From Vicugna vicugna (Eukaryota), in assembly GCA_013265495.1 (NCBI GenBank), contig MU058844.1:8863490-8927489 (forward strand): a DNA stretch of 64,000 nucleotides, given 5' to 3'. Of this stretch, positions 1 through 13,880 are shown piece by piece; within the stretch, counting starts at the first letter, position 1, and each line of letters starts with the position of its first letter. The notes beneath the pieces were generated by a model. That model had not been told where the DNA came from. It ran no database searches and saw only the letters and a list, made by a program, of their open reading frames with translations. The translations under genes and the position numbers were made by a program.

Positions 1-879
1 ACTCTGATCCATATCCTTTATCTCATTATGTTAATCTAGATTTAAAGAACTATCAAACTTCTCTGCAAACCTTCTTTAGGAGACATGGGCCACTGAAAGA
101 ATTTCTCATGACTACTCCCAAGTTCTAATAAGCAAACAAAATTATTATCAATGAAAATGTGAAATGATTATTAGAGTTAGTATAATTATACTGAACACAA
201 TTATTTAAGGATCCCAAATCCTCATATTTATGATACCATGAATTTGCCTTTTTATGTATGGAGTGTACTTTATAGTCCATTAAGTCCATTTAATAAGGAA
301 GAAGAGTATAGGTTCCATGGAAAAATATTTAACTAGAAATTATATTACCTGGATCTCAGTTTCAACTTTGCCAAACCCTGTGACAATAGAAAACCACTGA
401 ATTTCTTACACTTCTGTTAACTTACTTATAAAAGAGTGAATTCTATACCCTTAACATGTTATACACTTTTGCCAATTTCAAATGATTATAAAGGGCATAC
501 ACCTCACCTTTATTAATTTAGTCAGAGCTATTTAATAAACAATTATTATTTATTCAAGAAATATTTTAGGGCCTACTCTGTGTTAGGTTCTGTGCTTACA
601 GTAGAGTGTTGCTTCACATATATTATTTATCTTATATATGATATGATACAATATATGTTATATATCTTATCTCATATATTATATATGCATCATATATATA
701 TGTATATAATCTTAAGAACTTGGCCAAATATGGTTTTTAGGCATATGTTGTGATAATAAGAAGGCAATGCCTACAATTCCATAAATATTACATTTATTTA
801 TAAATTGTTTAAAACTGACTATTATTTCTAGTTATTTCATTGTCTTTTATCCTCTACTGTGATGAATTGTCCATATTTC

Positions 880-2780
880 TAGAATAGCCCAGTTCCCTCT
901 CTGGTGTTCCAGATCTCATCCCCTCTTGCTATTCTAGGACAAAACCTTTTTCCCTCTTTTTCTTATGTTACCAATATTTCCATCTCTAATGGATTATAAC
1001 CAATACCATTAAATATTCTTATATTTCCCCCACTTAAAAAATCTATTAACAACCCTGTCCTACCAAGCTATCACCCATTTGTCTATCTTTCCCTTTGCAG
1101 CAAGAGTTAAATTTTTTTTCCTACACTTGTTCTAATTTCTCTCCTATCATTTCTCTTGAAGCCACACCACTCAGGCATTCATTACATCAATTTCATCTAA
1201 ACTGCTCTTGCAAGCATTAACATTACCTCCGTATTGCTAAATCCAGTAATCAATTCTGTTTCCATTTCGTTTATCAGTGGACACAGAGATCTCCCCTGCT
1301 TCCTTGAAACACGTTCTGCATTAGGCTCTAGGACAGCTCATTTGCCTCGTTTTCCTCCCACCTCATTGGTCACTCCTCAGTCTTTCTTGTTAGTTACTCC
1401 TCATCCTCCTGGCTCATTAATACTTGATTAGTTCTGGGCTCAATTCCTGTACCTTTTCTCTTTTAATCTCTACTGATAGCATTGATGATCTCTTCCATCT
1501 CCTGGCCTTTAAGTACCATCTAAATGTTGATGACACTGGAATTTACGTTTCTAATCCAGACATTTTCTCTGACTTTTAGACTGATACTATCAAATGTAGA
1601 AAGTTAACGTATCTAAAACTGAGTCCATGATCTTCACTTAGTCTTCTGCATCTCAATTAAAAGCAATGTCAATCTTAGATTGGCTTAGGCCAAAACCTCA
1701 GTGTCTTATTTTGCTTATATTCTGTATTCAATATAGCAGTTAAGCCTCTTGTTCTGTCTTCAAAGTATATGTAGAACTGAACTACCATAATCACCTCTAC
1801 AACTGCATCTTTTTTTTTTCACTTTCCATTCCACCTTATTCTTTTTTTTTTTTTTTAATTGAAGTATAGTGAATTTACAATGTTGTGTCAAATCCTGGTA
1901 TACAGCATAGTAGTCCAGTCATACATATACATATATATATATTGGTTCTCATATGCTTTTTCATTATAAGTTACTACAAGATATTGAAGATAGTTTATAT
2001 ACAGTATAAACTTATTGTTTATCTATTTTATATACAGTAGTTAGTATCTGCAAATCTCGAACTTCCAATTTATCCCTTACAACTGCATCTTAAAAGATGG
2101 AGACCAGGATTTTCCTAACTGGTCTGCTTGCTCATATCCTTGCACCTTATCAGTCTATTGGGAAAAGACAGCAAGAGAGATCTTGATTCTGACAAAAGGT
2201 AAGTCAGATTTTGTTTCACATCTGCTCAAATCTCTGAAATGCTTTCCATCTCAGTGTAAAAGCTCAGGTCTTTGGTTCAGAGGTCTAACATCTGCCCCCT
2301 CCTCTTTACCTGTCTGATATCATCTTTTGCTGTTTTCTAGCTCACTAACTCTACTCCTGCCATCCTGATGTTATTGCTGTTCAAGATGTCAGGTATTCAC
2401 CTGCCTTAGAGACTTTGAACTGGCTCTTCCCTAGGCCTGGGAAAGTTGCTCCCCATAAAACTATGTGGCATGTTCGCTCAGCTCATTCAGGGCCTTACTC
2501 AGCTATCACCTTCTCAGTGAGGCCATGCTTGATCACCTATTTATAAAGTTATAACAGCCCCCTCCTTAATACTCCCAGGCCTTCTCTGCTTTCACTCCAC
2601 AGTGCTTATAAACATCCAACACAGTGCATATTTTATTTCTTTGTCTTGTTTATTATCTCTTTCTCCCTCCACTAGATTCTTTGCCCTGAAGCCAAGGGAT
2701 TCTTTTTTAATGGTTCACAGCTGTAATTTCTGCCTACAACAGTATCTGGCATTTAGTTGTTCAAAAATACTAAATAATAA
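880..2780 (+). mobile_element. LINE-2 (L2a-like) 3' portion, decayed, interrupted by an L1 insertion at 1812-2077
   Basis: Pyrimidine-rich L2-like text ending in an L2 3' terminus (ccactagattc...gttcacagctgta...cctacaacagtatctggcat...aataa). Boundaries approximate. Confidence 0.75.
1812..2077 (-). mobile_element. Young 5'-truncated L1 3'UTR insertion (cetartiodactyl/camelid type) with 14-bp TSD
   Basis: Poly-T followed by 'aattgaagtatagtgaatttacaatgttgtg...' (reverse complement of an L1 3' end). TSD tacaactgcatctt at 1798-1811 and 2078-2091. Minus-strand target TTTT/AAGA resembles the L1 endonuclease site. Confidence 0.9.
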
Positions 2781-5039
2781 AATGAAAACAAAAATTATTC
2801 CTTTGCTTGTTGAACACATTCTCTATATTCTGTGCTTATTTGACAAGTTATATAGTCATAAACATACTAGACAGAATCTGTTAGATATCTTGATAAAACA
2901 AGAGAACATATACAATTTACAGAGTTTTATGGCTAAAGTGTTTATAATGCTAAAGTCATAAATATATGTGAGGCTGATGTTGATACTGCACTTCGAAGCC
3001 CCTTCTAGAATGAAGTAGGTTTTATGTCAAGATGTGGTGACATTTTGAATATTTTAAAAATCAGAGCATGTAAGATCAGAATGTAAATGATTTACTTTGA
3101 AGATATGAATAAGAGATATTAATCCAAGTTTTTTTGACTTCATATTCCATTTCTTTTCACAATTTTTATGTCCTTTTACTAAGGAGTTTATTTCTTAAAT
3201 TAAGCCAGCTTTCAAAAAAGAAATGGAATAAAGAGCTTTGTGATATTATAATACCACTACCACTATTTAATATCTATATCTGACTTCCATTTTATGAAAA
3301 AACAAAAATAAAAGTAGAACATTTTGGTTCATTTTTATTTTTGAAGCAGTTTATTATCATTATTTTTATTGCTTACTCTCACTTTCATTCTCTCAAAAAG
3401 AATTACATTAAGAGAAACACAGCTATCTGTATCCTCAAGGTGAATTTCTAACCTGTTAGCCACTAAATTTTATAGTCTAATTTGGTATACTTAATATTAA
3501 TTATTAATCATACATATGATTCATTTGTTTTTGCTAATCTTTGAAGAGAAATTCTAGATTAAGTAACAGAGATGTTAAAATTCACATTTTTTACTTTTCT
3601 TGGATATTTCTCTTCAGAGCCTTAAGGTTTAAAGCTAGGTAGCAACAAAAAATTGCTGTAGTTTGGGAAAAGAGAGTTTAGAACTACCATTGTGGAATTC
3701 TTTCAAAACATGACTATCCACTCCTAGCTAACTATATTATATATCTTTGTATTGATCCCTGAAATGAAGTTTATAAAACAGTGACTCTGTATTGGCTTAT
3801 GTTGTATGGCCCTTAGTAAGTCCTTAATATTTCTTGTCTGATCACTTAAGTCATAAAGATTATGCAATTTAATCTTAGTGAAGATTAGCAGGCCAAAGGT
3901 ACGTAGGGCCTGAATTTTAAATTACTCTCTGAATTGTAATTCAAATTTTATTTGTGACTCTAGTAATTTTTTTTTACATCAAAGTCCTCTAATTTCCTCC
4001 AAACATGACAGAATTTATTGAGTAAGATTCTGAATGATAGGTCATTTCTTTCTCCTTGAATTAGGACACATTTTCCCCCAAATGAAAATTTTAAATCTTT
4101 TTTTTTTTTTTTTGCCTCTTATGATGTCAGATCCTTTACACTAGAACTCAGAATGGGTGCTATGGAAATAAGGTATATCTCATCTCTCTTGGCTCCCATC
4201 CCTTCCTCTTACTCTTCCTGGGAGGTAGTCAGGTTGTCTTCAAAAACAAGTATCTGGATTGACAAATATTCCTAGTGTATTTGGCAGAAGATGACTTCTG
4301 CTTTGAAGTTTTCTTTGCTTGCAACCTTGTTATGTTTGATGTTAATTAGAGGAAATTATTCAAAAATAGATGTCATTAGAATTTGACACCACATTGTTCT
4401 ACAGTAAACTAATTTTTCTGGATTATTTTTACCTATGATCCTTCCTTTTTATGCCCACGTTTAGGGTAATCTGCTTTAATTAAGATATGTAAAACTTTGG
4501 CTCAAAATTTTATCTATTCTAGTGAGAGTTTAGAAAAGACATTTATCTTTTGGTGACTTACAACAGACTTTTAATTGACCAAGTTAAAAAAAATGCTGGT
4601 TATTAATTTTAAAGTTTTTTATGATGGTCTTACCTAGTGATCCATTTCTATAATAAAGGGGATCAATTAGTTCCAAATAATAGTAAGATTATTTTACCCT
4701 TGTTTATTTTGTATACGGGAAACATTATTTAACAATTCTTATTTAAAATGTCATTTAAAGCATTTTCTTGTCTGGTATATACTTTTCTTAGAATATGGTC
4801 CTATGAACTATATTCAAGCTGTACAAAATAATCCATGGCAATCCATTGCTAGAGTGAGAAGAAACTTATCTAGTAGTATCTTTTTTAGTCTACGAGACAT
4901 GATCTCTAAAATCACATTTTTAAGTAACATTGCTAAGTAAATTTAATTTTTCTTCTAAAAATGTAACTTCATTTTCCAATTGCAAGTCTAAAGTTTTATG
5001 TTTGGTATAATCACAAGTTTTAATCACTCCCAATGTGAT

Positions 5040-6950
5040 GATAGATTTTCTACTTCTCTTTATAATTCTAATAACTTTTGCATATGTTTTGAGACTATTA
5101 GTTGTATTAGACTGTATCACTGTTTTCTCTTCATGGCCAATTTAACATTATGTCATCATGAAGTATCCTAGCCTGGCATTGTCTTACAAATTCTACTGTG
5201 TCTGATTTTAATAGTATTATAACAGATTTATTTTTTGTCAGTGTTTGCACTGGGCACCTTTTTCCATCCTTTTACTTTCAGTATGTGTATCTGTGTCTTT
5301 ACATGTATCACCATGTATCACCCACAAATAGCAAACAGTTTCTAGATTTTATATTTAAAGCAGTCTATCAGCCTTTCTCATTTAATTATTTAGTCTCTTT
5401 ATATTTATTGTGATTACTTGTACATTAGTAACTTAATCTACTATCTCACTAAGGGATTTATCTTTTCCCTGCATTTTTATATTCCTATCATTAACTAACA
5501 ATTCATGTCTCCTTTTGAATCGATTAAATTTTTTTTTTTAATCACTGAATTTTTCCCCTCTATTACTCTGGCAGTTTTATACCCTTTTGCCATTATTTTA
5601 ACAGGTAACGTGCAAATTGCAATGTCCATCCTCAGTGTACCAAAGTGTAATATTAATGTGTACTTTTCCTGCTTTATATTTCCATGTGTGAATGTGTAGA
5701 TATTATTTCATAGTTGTCTACAGGTAATATTTCTTTAGGTTTATTAACATATTTACCATGTATGTTACTAATCACTCTCTGGATCTCAAGTCTTTGTGTG
5801 AGATAATTTTTATTTTTCCTGAAGAAAAACCTTCAATATTTCCTTCGTGTACATCTTAAGATGAGTTATTTCTCAGCTTAGGACTTTCTGAATATGCCTT
5901 TATTTCACTTCTATTCCCAAAGGATGTTTTCACTGGATATAGAATTTTAGGTTAGTGATTATTTTCTTTTGGCACTCTTAACATATAATTTTATTCTGAC
6001 CATCATCATTACTATTGAGAAGGCAGTTGCCAATTTAATTGTTGACTCTGAGGATAAATTGTACTTTTTTGTTTGTTTTTCTCTTTAGCTGCTTTAAAGA
6101 CTTATTTTTAAGAAGTTTTACTATCATATGCTTAAATGTATTTCTTTTTATTTTTCTTTTTTTCTTGTCCATAGGGACTTTTGACATTGTCAGTTAATGC
6201 CTTTTATGAGTTTGGGAAAATTTTTCTCATTTTTAAAAATATTGGCTACTGTCATATTCTGTTTTCCCTTTCATTCTGGAATTCTACTTCCCATATGCTT
6301 ATTCTTCTCATTTTATATTCTATGCCTCTTGGCCCTTTTCTGCATTTTCTTCTCTTTGTCTCTCTATGATTCATTAGGAATCTTATTTGTAACTATCTTT
6401 TGGTTCACTAATTTCTTCTGTTGTATCTAATTTACTGATGAGCCCATTTATTTGGTTCTTTATTTTGTTTACTGTCCTTTTCAATCCTACAATTTCCATT
6501 TGTTTCATTTTTTAATTTCCAATTTCCTGTGAAAATTTACAATCTTATCTTTTATCACCTTGATCACTGGAGGCACAGTTATTTTGTCTTTTAGATAACT
6601 TCAATATCTATAACTCCTATGATCTATCACATCTCATGTGCATGGTTATTTTTGACTGTGTGGCAGTCATTTTATTTGTAAAATTGTTAGTGGAAGTCAT
6701 TTTAGTTCTAGAGCTTTACTATTTTTCTCTAAAGGGAACATCTGTTTGTTTTGGCCAGGTGGCTGAGGAAAATTGCAATCCTTAATCACCTCTATTCAAA
6801 TAATTCCTGGAAAGATCCATCATCCAGGGATTGTTTCTTCTAGAGTACAGCTCTTCAGAGTCTCAACTACAAATGAGGAGGATTCACCAGGGCCAATCTA
6901 TCTTGTCAGGAATTGACTCCAATTCCTGTCCCTCTAACTCCATGAAGCTG
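5040..6950 (-). mobile_element. Ancient L1 (L1M/L1ME-like) fragments, antisense
   Basis: T-rich text typical of antisense old L1 (cactggatatagaattttaggttagtgatt, tactattgagaaggcagttgcc, aatttccatttgtttcattttt). Boundaries approximate. Confidence 0.65.
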
Positions 6951-7499
6951 CCAAGTGTACTAAGCCAGTCCCTCTAAAATTAGGAAAAGAGAAAACTTAA
7001 ATGTCTGAGACGTAACTTTCCACCAACCCTAAACTCTCAATCTTTCACTATCTTTTTTTGTTATATTAGGTTATAAATGAATCTAAAATTTAAAAATTAG
7101 GGAACATTTGTAGATCAATAAAGCTGGTCCAATTTGCACAGTCTGCCATAAGTCTATGAGCTTTAATGAGCTCGGTAAATGTAATTAATCAAAAAAACAG
7201 CTTAAAGCAATTTTCTTAAAATAAACATGTCCATTTTTGTGAAAAAATAAGCAATTATCTTTCTTAATTCATTTTCTGACTCCTAGTCTTGTTACCTATT
7301 CCTGCTAGGATTCTGGATGTCAATAAATATTCCAACAGTGTTCAAAATAATGTGTTTTTCCTCAAGCATTTCCTCCTTCACATACATTCTCCTTGCAGCT
7401 TCAAAATTATCTATTTAAAAAGCAAATCTGACTGTGCTGCTCCCTTTCTTAAAATGCTTCCGTGCCCACAAAAAACCCCCCCCAAAACAAACAAAAAAC

Positions 7500-10245
7500 C
7501 TCTCAAAACTACTCAGAACAATAAACTAATTCATTAAGGTCACAGACTAAAAGATGAAGATACAAACATTGGTTGTGTTTCTATATAGTATCAAAAAGTA
7601 ATCAAAAACAAATTAAGAAAACAATTTCAACCACAGTAGTATCAAAAATAGTAAATAATTGAGAATAAATTTAACAAACATAACCTTTTACGTATTAAAA
7701 CTTCAAACTGAAAACACACACTGAGAATAACAAAATATTGCTAAGAAAAATTAAAGGAGATCTAAACAGATGGAGAGCCATTCCACGTTCATGTCTTAGA
7801 AGACTCAAAATTAAGATAGCACATATGCACAGATTGGTCTATAGATTGCGCACAATTTCTATCAAAATGTCAGCAGGCTTTTTTTCAGGAAGGGAGAAGT
7901 TGATTCTAAAATTTATGTGGAAAGGCAAAGGACCTAGAATAGCAAAAACAGTCTTGAAGTGTGATAGCAAAGTTGAAGGACTTATACTTAACTGAGTTCA
8001 CAACTTATCCTAAAAGTGCTGTAGATATCTTAAAGATAAACATCCTTGAAATAGATTAAGTATAGACATAAGGATAGAACAATGGAAAACAAGAGAAAGT
8101 ACAAAAACAAACTCTTAGATTTATGGTCAATTGATTTTCAACAAATGTACCACGACAGTTCAATGTGGAAAAGATAGTCTTTTCAACAAATGATGCTGGA
8201 ATAATTAGATATTCACATAAAAATATTCATTCATGTTTTTATCTCATATCATACACAAAATATAACTCAAAATGGCCCAGAGACCACATTTTAGAAGAAG
8301 AAAAATAGGAGAAAATCTTTCAGACCTTGGATTAGGCAAAGATACATGACCTTTAAAAACATAATCCATAAAAAACTGATAAATTGTACTTCATCAAAAT
8401 TTTAAAAAATTATACTTTATAAGGCAAATTAAGAAAATAAAAAGACAAAGACAACTGGGAGAAAGTATTTTTCAAATAATTTATCTGTTAAAGGACTTGT
8501 ATTCAGAATATACAAGGAACTCTCACAGGTCAATGATAAGAACATAACTAAAATATCCCTAAACAGAAAGTTAACATCAGCAGCATGGCCCACTAATATT
8601 CCCTCACTCATACACCCCCCATCTACAACGACAGTTTGGCCTCCATTTGTGGGTTAAAGTGACTTTGTGGAAGCTGTGGGATCCAGTACCATATGCCAAG
8701 GGACCTGGAAGGAATCTCACCCACTTGCACATTGGGTAATAGACATACAGACCTTGGTCCCAACAGTAGATCCTGCAGTGGCCCATGAACTGTCACCAGC
8801 CCCTCTTGACAGTGGTCCAGGGGCCTCTGGAAGACACTGTCTTAGACAATCACCCACAATCGAGAGAGCCTTTGTGGAAGCACAGGATTCCAGTGGACGA
8901 GAATTCAGTCATGAGAGAGAAAGAAGGAAATCCTGCCATTTGCAACAACATGGATGGAACTTGAGGGCATTATGCTAAGTGAAATAAGCCAGAGAAAAAC
9001 AAATACTATATGAAGTCATTTACATGTGGAATCTAAAAAAGCCAAAAATTAAAAAAAAAAAGACTGTAGAATGGTGGTTGCCAGGGGCTGGGGGATGGTA
9101 TGTGGAGGAAGAATGGGGAGATGTTGCTTCAAGTTACAAGATGAATAATTTCTGGGGATCTAACGTATAGCATGGTGACTATAGTTAATAATACTGTATT
9201 AAATACTTGAAAGTTGCTGAGAGTGTAGATCTTATATGCTCTCAGCACTAGGAATAGATGGTAATTATTTGAGGTGATGGAGGTGTTAACTAATCCTACT
9301 GTGATAATCATTTTATGATGTATAAGTGTATCAAATCATCTTGTTGTACACCTTAAAGCTACACAATGTTATACATTAATTATATCTCAATAAAGCTGGA
9401 AAAAATAGATACTGGAAAATTAAAAATTTGGCAAAAAATTTGAATAGATGTTTTACCAGTCATGATAAATGGATGTCAATGAGCACATGTTAATATACTC
9501 AGCACCTTTAGTCACTAGGAATTTCAAATTGAAACCAAATGAGATTGTACTTTACACCCATGAGAATGTTGTAATAAAAAAGACAGCCAGTACCAAGTAT
9601 TGATGTTGTAGAGAACCCAGAACGTCCATAAATTAATTGGCATTTAATACGGTGCAACCACTATCAAAACCGTTTTGATGGTTTCCTAAAAAAGTTAAAC
9701 ATAAATTTCCCTCTTAGATATCTACCCAAGAGAAATGAAAACATATATCCACATACAGCCTGTTTACAAATGTTCCTAACAGCATTATTCATAATCACCA
9801 AAAATGGAAGTGGCACAAACATCCCTCAACTGGCAAATGTATAAATGAAATACTGTATATCCATACAGTGAAATGCTATTCAGCAATACCATTAACAAAC
9901 CACTGATCCTACAGCATAAATGAAGCTAAAAGGCAACACACTAAGTGAAAGATGTCAGCCACAAAAGATCACATAGAGTATGATTCCGTATGTATGAAAT
10001 ACCTAGAAAAGGCAAAGCTATAGAGATGGAATGTAGATTAATGGTTTCCCAGGGATGAGGTGGGACTATGAAGTGACTGAAAATGAGCACTAGGGATCTT
10101 CCTGGGGTAATAGGAATATTCTAAAATTGTATTTTGGTGACAATTATATAACTTTGTTAATTTATTAAAATCATGGCATTCTATACTTCAAGCAGATGAA
10201 TTTTATGGTGTTTAAGGTATTTCTCAATGAAAATGTTAGAAAAAT
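7500..10245 (+). mobile_element. Old L1 (L1MB/MC-like) ORF2 3' region and 3'UTR, with a nested element at about 8570-9405
   Basis: ORF 7738-7995 (LRKIKGDLNRWRAIPRS...KLILKFMWKGKGPRIAKTVLK) resembles L1 ORF2. L1MB-type 3'UTR runs to about 10240. Confidence 0.85.
8570..9405 (+). mobile_element. Nested L1-derived element: L1 5'UTR-like segment (about 8570-8900) fused to an L1MA-type 3'UTR (about 8902-9405)
   Basis: The 3' part has 'aaggaaatcctgccatttgcaacaacatggatggaac...' and ends 'tcaataaagctggaaaaaa'. The 5' part is GC-richer, begins 'acatcagcagcatggc' and has an internal repeat. The host L1 resumes at about 9420. Confidence 0.7.
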
Positions 10246-11454
10246 ACGTTCCCATGGCTCCCAGTCATTTATCTAGGACAGTTTTCACAAACTTGACTGA
10301 AAATGAGATTCACAGTGCACGTTGACAATGACATCATCTTCTCTGCCTATTTTATTTTCATATTTTTAACAATCACTTTGGATAACTCATATAATTAGAT
10401 TTGGAAAACACTAATCTGGAAAATAAATTATTAATCTTCTTACTGTATCTCTAAATCTGACCTCAAATCTGCCTCTCTTCCTCCTCATATTCTGCCACTG
10501 TCTGCCTCAGAACTTAAAATACAAGAATACAATAAACTTATTATGTCTTCCTCAGTGTCATTTCATGTATTTGTTCCCTCCAAAAGCAATGTAATCTCTC
10601 AGAATATAGAGATTTTATCTTAAATTTCCATATCTCCCAAAACTACTAACATAGTGCTGAGTCTGGTTTTATCTGCACTTAAAAATTGTTAGATGTTTGA
10701 AGAGGTTCACCTGGGGTTAAAGAGAAATTCAAACTATGAGCATCACAGGCATAGAGCGAGCACCCATCATTTTCACCACAGCATTCTCAGATGTGAGTGT
10801 CAATATGCACCCTCAAATAGAAAACAGTAGTATCATGAGACGATAGTTTTATCTAGGACAAGTACTGATCATTTTCAAGCTGGGAGACACTGCATTCCTC
10901 AGTGATTTTACGAATTTTCAGAAGACAAAGATCCTTAATCAAAACATATAATAAAATGTGTATGCTATAGAGAGGCATTTGACTAGTAGTAAAGGAACAC
11001 AAAGGATTGGCATTTATGTTAATATGAGGGTTTATTGTATTTTGCTTATGAAATGAAAAGGATGAAAAATGCCTCTCCCTTCATGGGATACTTAGCTTAT
11101 TTGAGGTGACTAATGATTAAACCTATATTTATGATTATATGTGATAGAAGTTTAACATTGATAGAAGTATGCAAATATTGAACAAGAGCTCAGAACTCAG
11201 AGTAGTGGAATGGAGGAAGAAAAGAAGCATATTGATCACATACTTAATTTCCAAGTACTATATTAGTTGACTCCTTCAAATTTTATTTTATTCTCATGAG
11301 AGTCCTGAAAGTTATCTCTTTAATTCTATTTTATACACAGTAAGATAAAACCTTAGGGAAGTATGCTTTTTCTTTCACATTACTGGTAAGTGTCAGAAGC
11401 AGGATTTAAATGCAGGTTTCCCTGATTATTTTTTTATTTATATTTATCTATTTA

Positions 11455-11610
11455 AAATTTTTATTTATTATGGTAAGGACACTTAACATAAGATTTACTC
11501 TCCTAGTTTTTTTTTTTTTACATGCACACTACAGAATTAATTATAAGCACATTGTTGTACAGCAAATTTCTAGAACTTATTCATTTTGCATAACTGAAAC
11601 TTTATACTAT
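11455..11610 (-). mobile_element. L1MA-type 3' end fragment
   Basis: 'ggtaaggacacttaacataagatttactctc...gttgtacagcaaatttctagaacttattcattttgcataactgaaacttt' is the reverse complement of an L1MA 3' terminus. Confidence 0.75.
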
Positions 11611-11635
11611 TGTACTTTAAAATACAATCTCTCTC

Positions 11636-11875
11636 TTTTTTTAAAGAATGCATTTTTTTAAACTGAAGTACAGTTGATTTACAATGTTTTGGGTGGATAG
11701 CAAAGTAATTCAGTTATACATATATATGTATTCTTTCCCAGATTGCTTTCCATTACAGATTATTACAAGATATTGAATGTAGTTCCCTGTGCTATACAGT
11801 AGGTCCTTGTTGTTTGTCTGTTTTATATACAGTGGCGTGTATCTGTTAATCCCAAACTAATTTATCCCTGTCTCC
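11636..11875 (-). mobile_element. Young 5'-truncated L1 3'UTR insertion, same type as 1812-2077
   Basis: 'tttaaactgaagtacagttgatttacaatg...agttccctgtgctatacagtaggtccttg...aatttatccct'. Imperfect TSD aaatRcaatctctct at 11620-11634 and 11876-11890. Confidence 0.85.
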
Positions 11876-13236
11876 AAATGCAATCTCTCTTAAAGCACTT
11901 ATAATTTTAGAGCCAAAGGTAGTCAAAGATAGTCAAGAACAATCCTAAATACTTCATACTTAATAACTGTTTTATAATTCTTGAGAAATTATTTAACGTG
12001 AAACTTTATCAAAGAAGAAAAGATTATTAAGGATGATGACTCACAGTTTAGAACCAGCATTTTATATATTTCATCATCATAAACAAATGTAATGCATATA
12101 ATCCTACTATACAGAGGTCTCAAAGAGATTGTTATATTGATTCATAAAATCTCAGTAAGAAATTTGTAAAAAACAGATCAGATGTAACAGATCAGAGAAT
12201 TTTTTTTTCTGATGCTCTCAGCTGATTTTCAACATAGTTTGTGACACATTTTGTTGATTTTCCATTTTGAGTCACATCCTGACCTTGTTCAATTTTTGTT
12301 CTTGGAAGTTGTTTTCTTGTGTATTGCTTTTTTTTTGGTGCTTTGCAGAAAATGTTCAGGTATTTAGTATTTACACCTACAATTACTTAAAGTTCAATTT
12401 AAATGGATCTGTATCATCTCTTATGCTAGGGGAGAGATACTTTTCTCAAAATTAGACTCATACTATGTGTAATTTTGTATGCAGCTTTTCTCGTTTAACA
12501 TATGAGTAATTTTTCATATCATTAATTTTTTTTTTTGCTTTGGTTGTTGATCTGGGTTTGTTTGCATTACCCTTCCAAGTATATGTAAGAAATATAAATT
12601 ATCTGTAATTAAACTATAGTGGTTCCTGTTTCTCTCTGAAAAAAATCATCTAATTTTCTTTAGCAAAATCAGGAGAGTAACTGCATCATTTTTTGCATAG
12701 CCTCTAAAAAGGAAGAATTAAATACTTCTCTATTCTTACTCTCTTCCCCTATTGAACTTTCCCATCTGTCTTAACATAAATTGATATTTATTATTAGAAA
12801 CTTTTATACATTACTTTTACTCTAATATATATTATCTATAGTTGCATTCAGGGTTGCTACTTCTGTTTAAAATGCCACTTCTGTTTAATATGTTTGAATG
12901 TTTGTATCATGCTTGTATACATCATTTAGCCATTTTTATATTTTCAACCTCTGATTTCATCACTAGGCCAGATGGTATGTAACCTTAAGTAAACTTTCTA
13001 GGAAAGGTATTGGAGTGGTGGTATATTTTCTGAGTCCTTATATATATTATAGTTTCTATTGACTTTTTATAAAATGGTTAAATTCCATGTTTTTCACTTA
13101 AATTCCTCATATCATGTTGTGACACAGGTTATAATAATTGACTTTCATCTTTTCATCATATTTTCTAAATTTTTTTAGACTGCTCTTCATGCACCCCAGC
13201 ACCACTAACTCTTCATAGTGACTAGAATCAGAAACA

Positions 13237-13490
13237 GAAATAATAGCTACTATTTGAGAGCTTATGTTCCAGACACAGTTCTTAGAACTTTAAATATATA
13301 ACAATTAATCTTAACCACTACTCTGTGGACTAGAGGTTCTATTATTATTCCTCTTTTACAGATGAGGAAACTGGCATGGAGAAGGGTTAACTCACCTTCC
13401 CCAGGGTGCAAAAGTAGTACATGACAGAGTTCCAATTCTAACTAAAAAAGTCAGATTTCTGAACTCTCACACTGACCACCAGGCTATACG
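13237..13490 (-). mobile_element. MIR SINE
   Basis: MIR core 'ttttacagatgaggaaactg' with typical flanks. Confidence 0.85.
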
Positions 13491-13880
13491 GGTATACTCA
13501 TATACCAGTACACAATTTTTAATACCATTTCGAACTTATGTATCCTACAATTAACTGAAATATCCTAAAAGGGAATGTTTTCCTTTCTGTTACGATATTA
13601 GGAAAATAAAGCCGTTTTGTGAAACATGAGACACTGAGGTCCTCAGGCTCTAGACCTTGACAAAGAAAAGGTATTGCCTATGAAATCTGAAGTTGAGATT
13701 TCAAGTTACATCAACTTATCAAACCTCTTCACTACAGATTCTTCATTTTTGAAGAGTTAATTAAGTTCACATCCATAGCCAAGAAAAATTAGCAAAAAGG
13801 ACTGAGCCTTCAGATTCAAGTTATTTCACACTGTCATGGAAAAATGCAGACACGCTGGAAAGTTACGGTTCCAGTCTTAC

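Noticed and set aside
4131..4172. 42-nt plus-strand exon candidate (ILYTRTQNGCYGNK)
   Set aside because: Weak donor (gtatat) and no partner exons or promoter on that strand nearby.
4634..4647. 14-nt minus-strand micro-exon (ctaat...tttattatag|AAATGGATCACTAG|gtaaga) continuing the ORF chain
   Set aside because: The signals are plausible, but such short matches arise often by chance in AT-rich DNA and there is no independent support.
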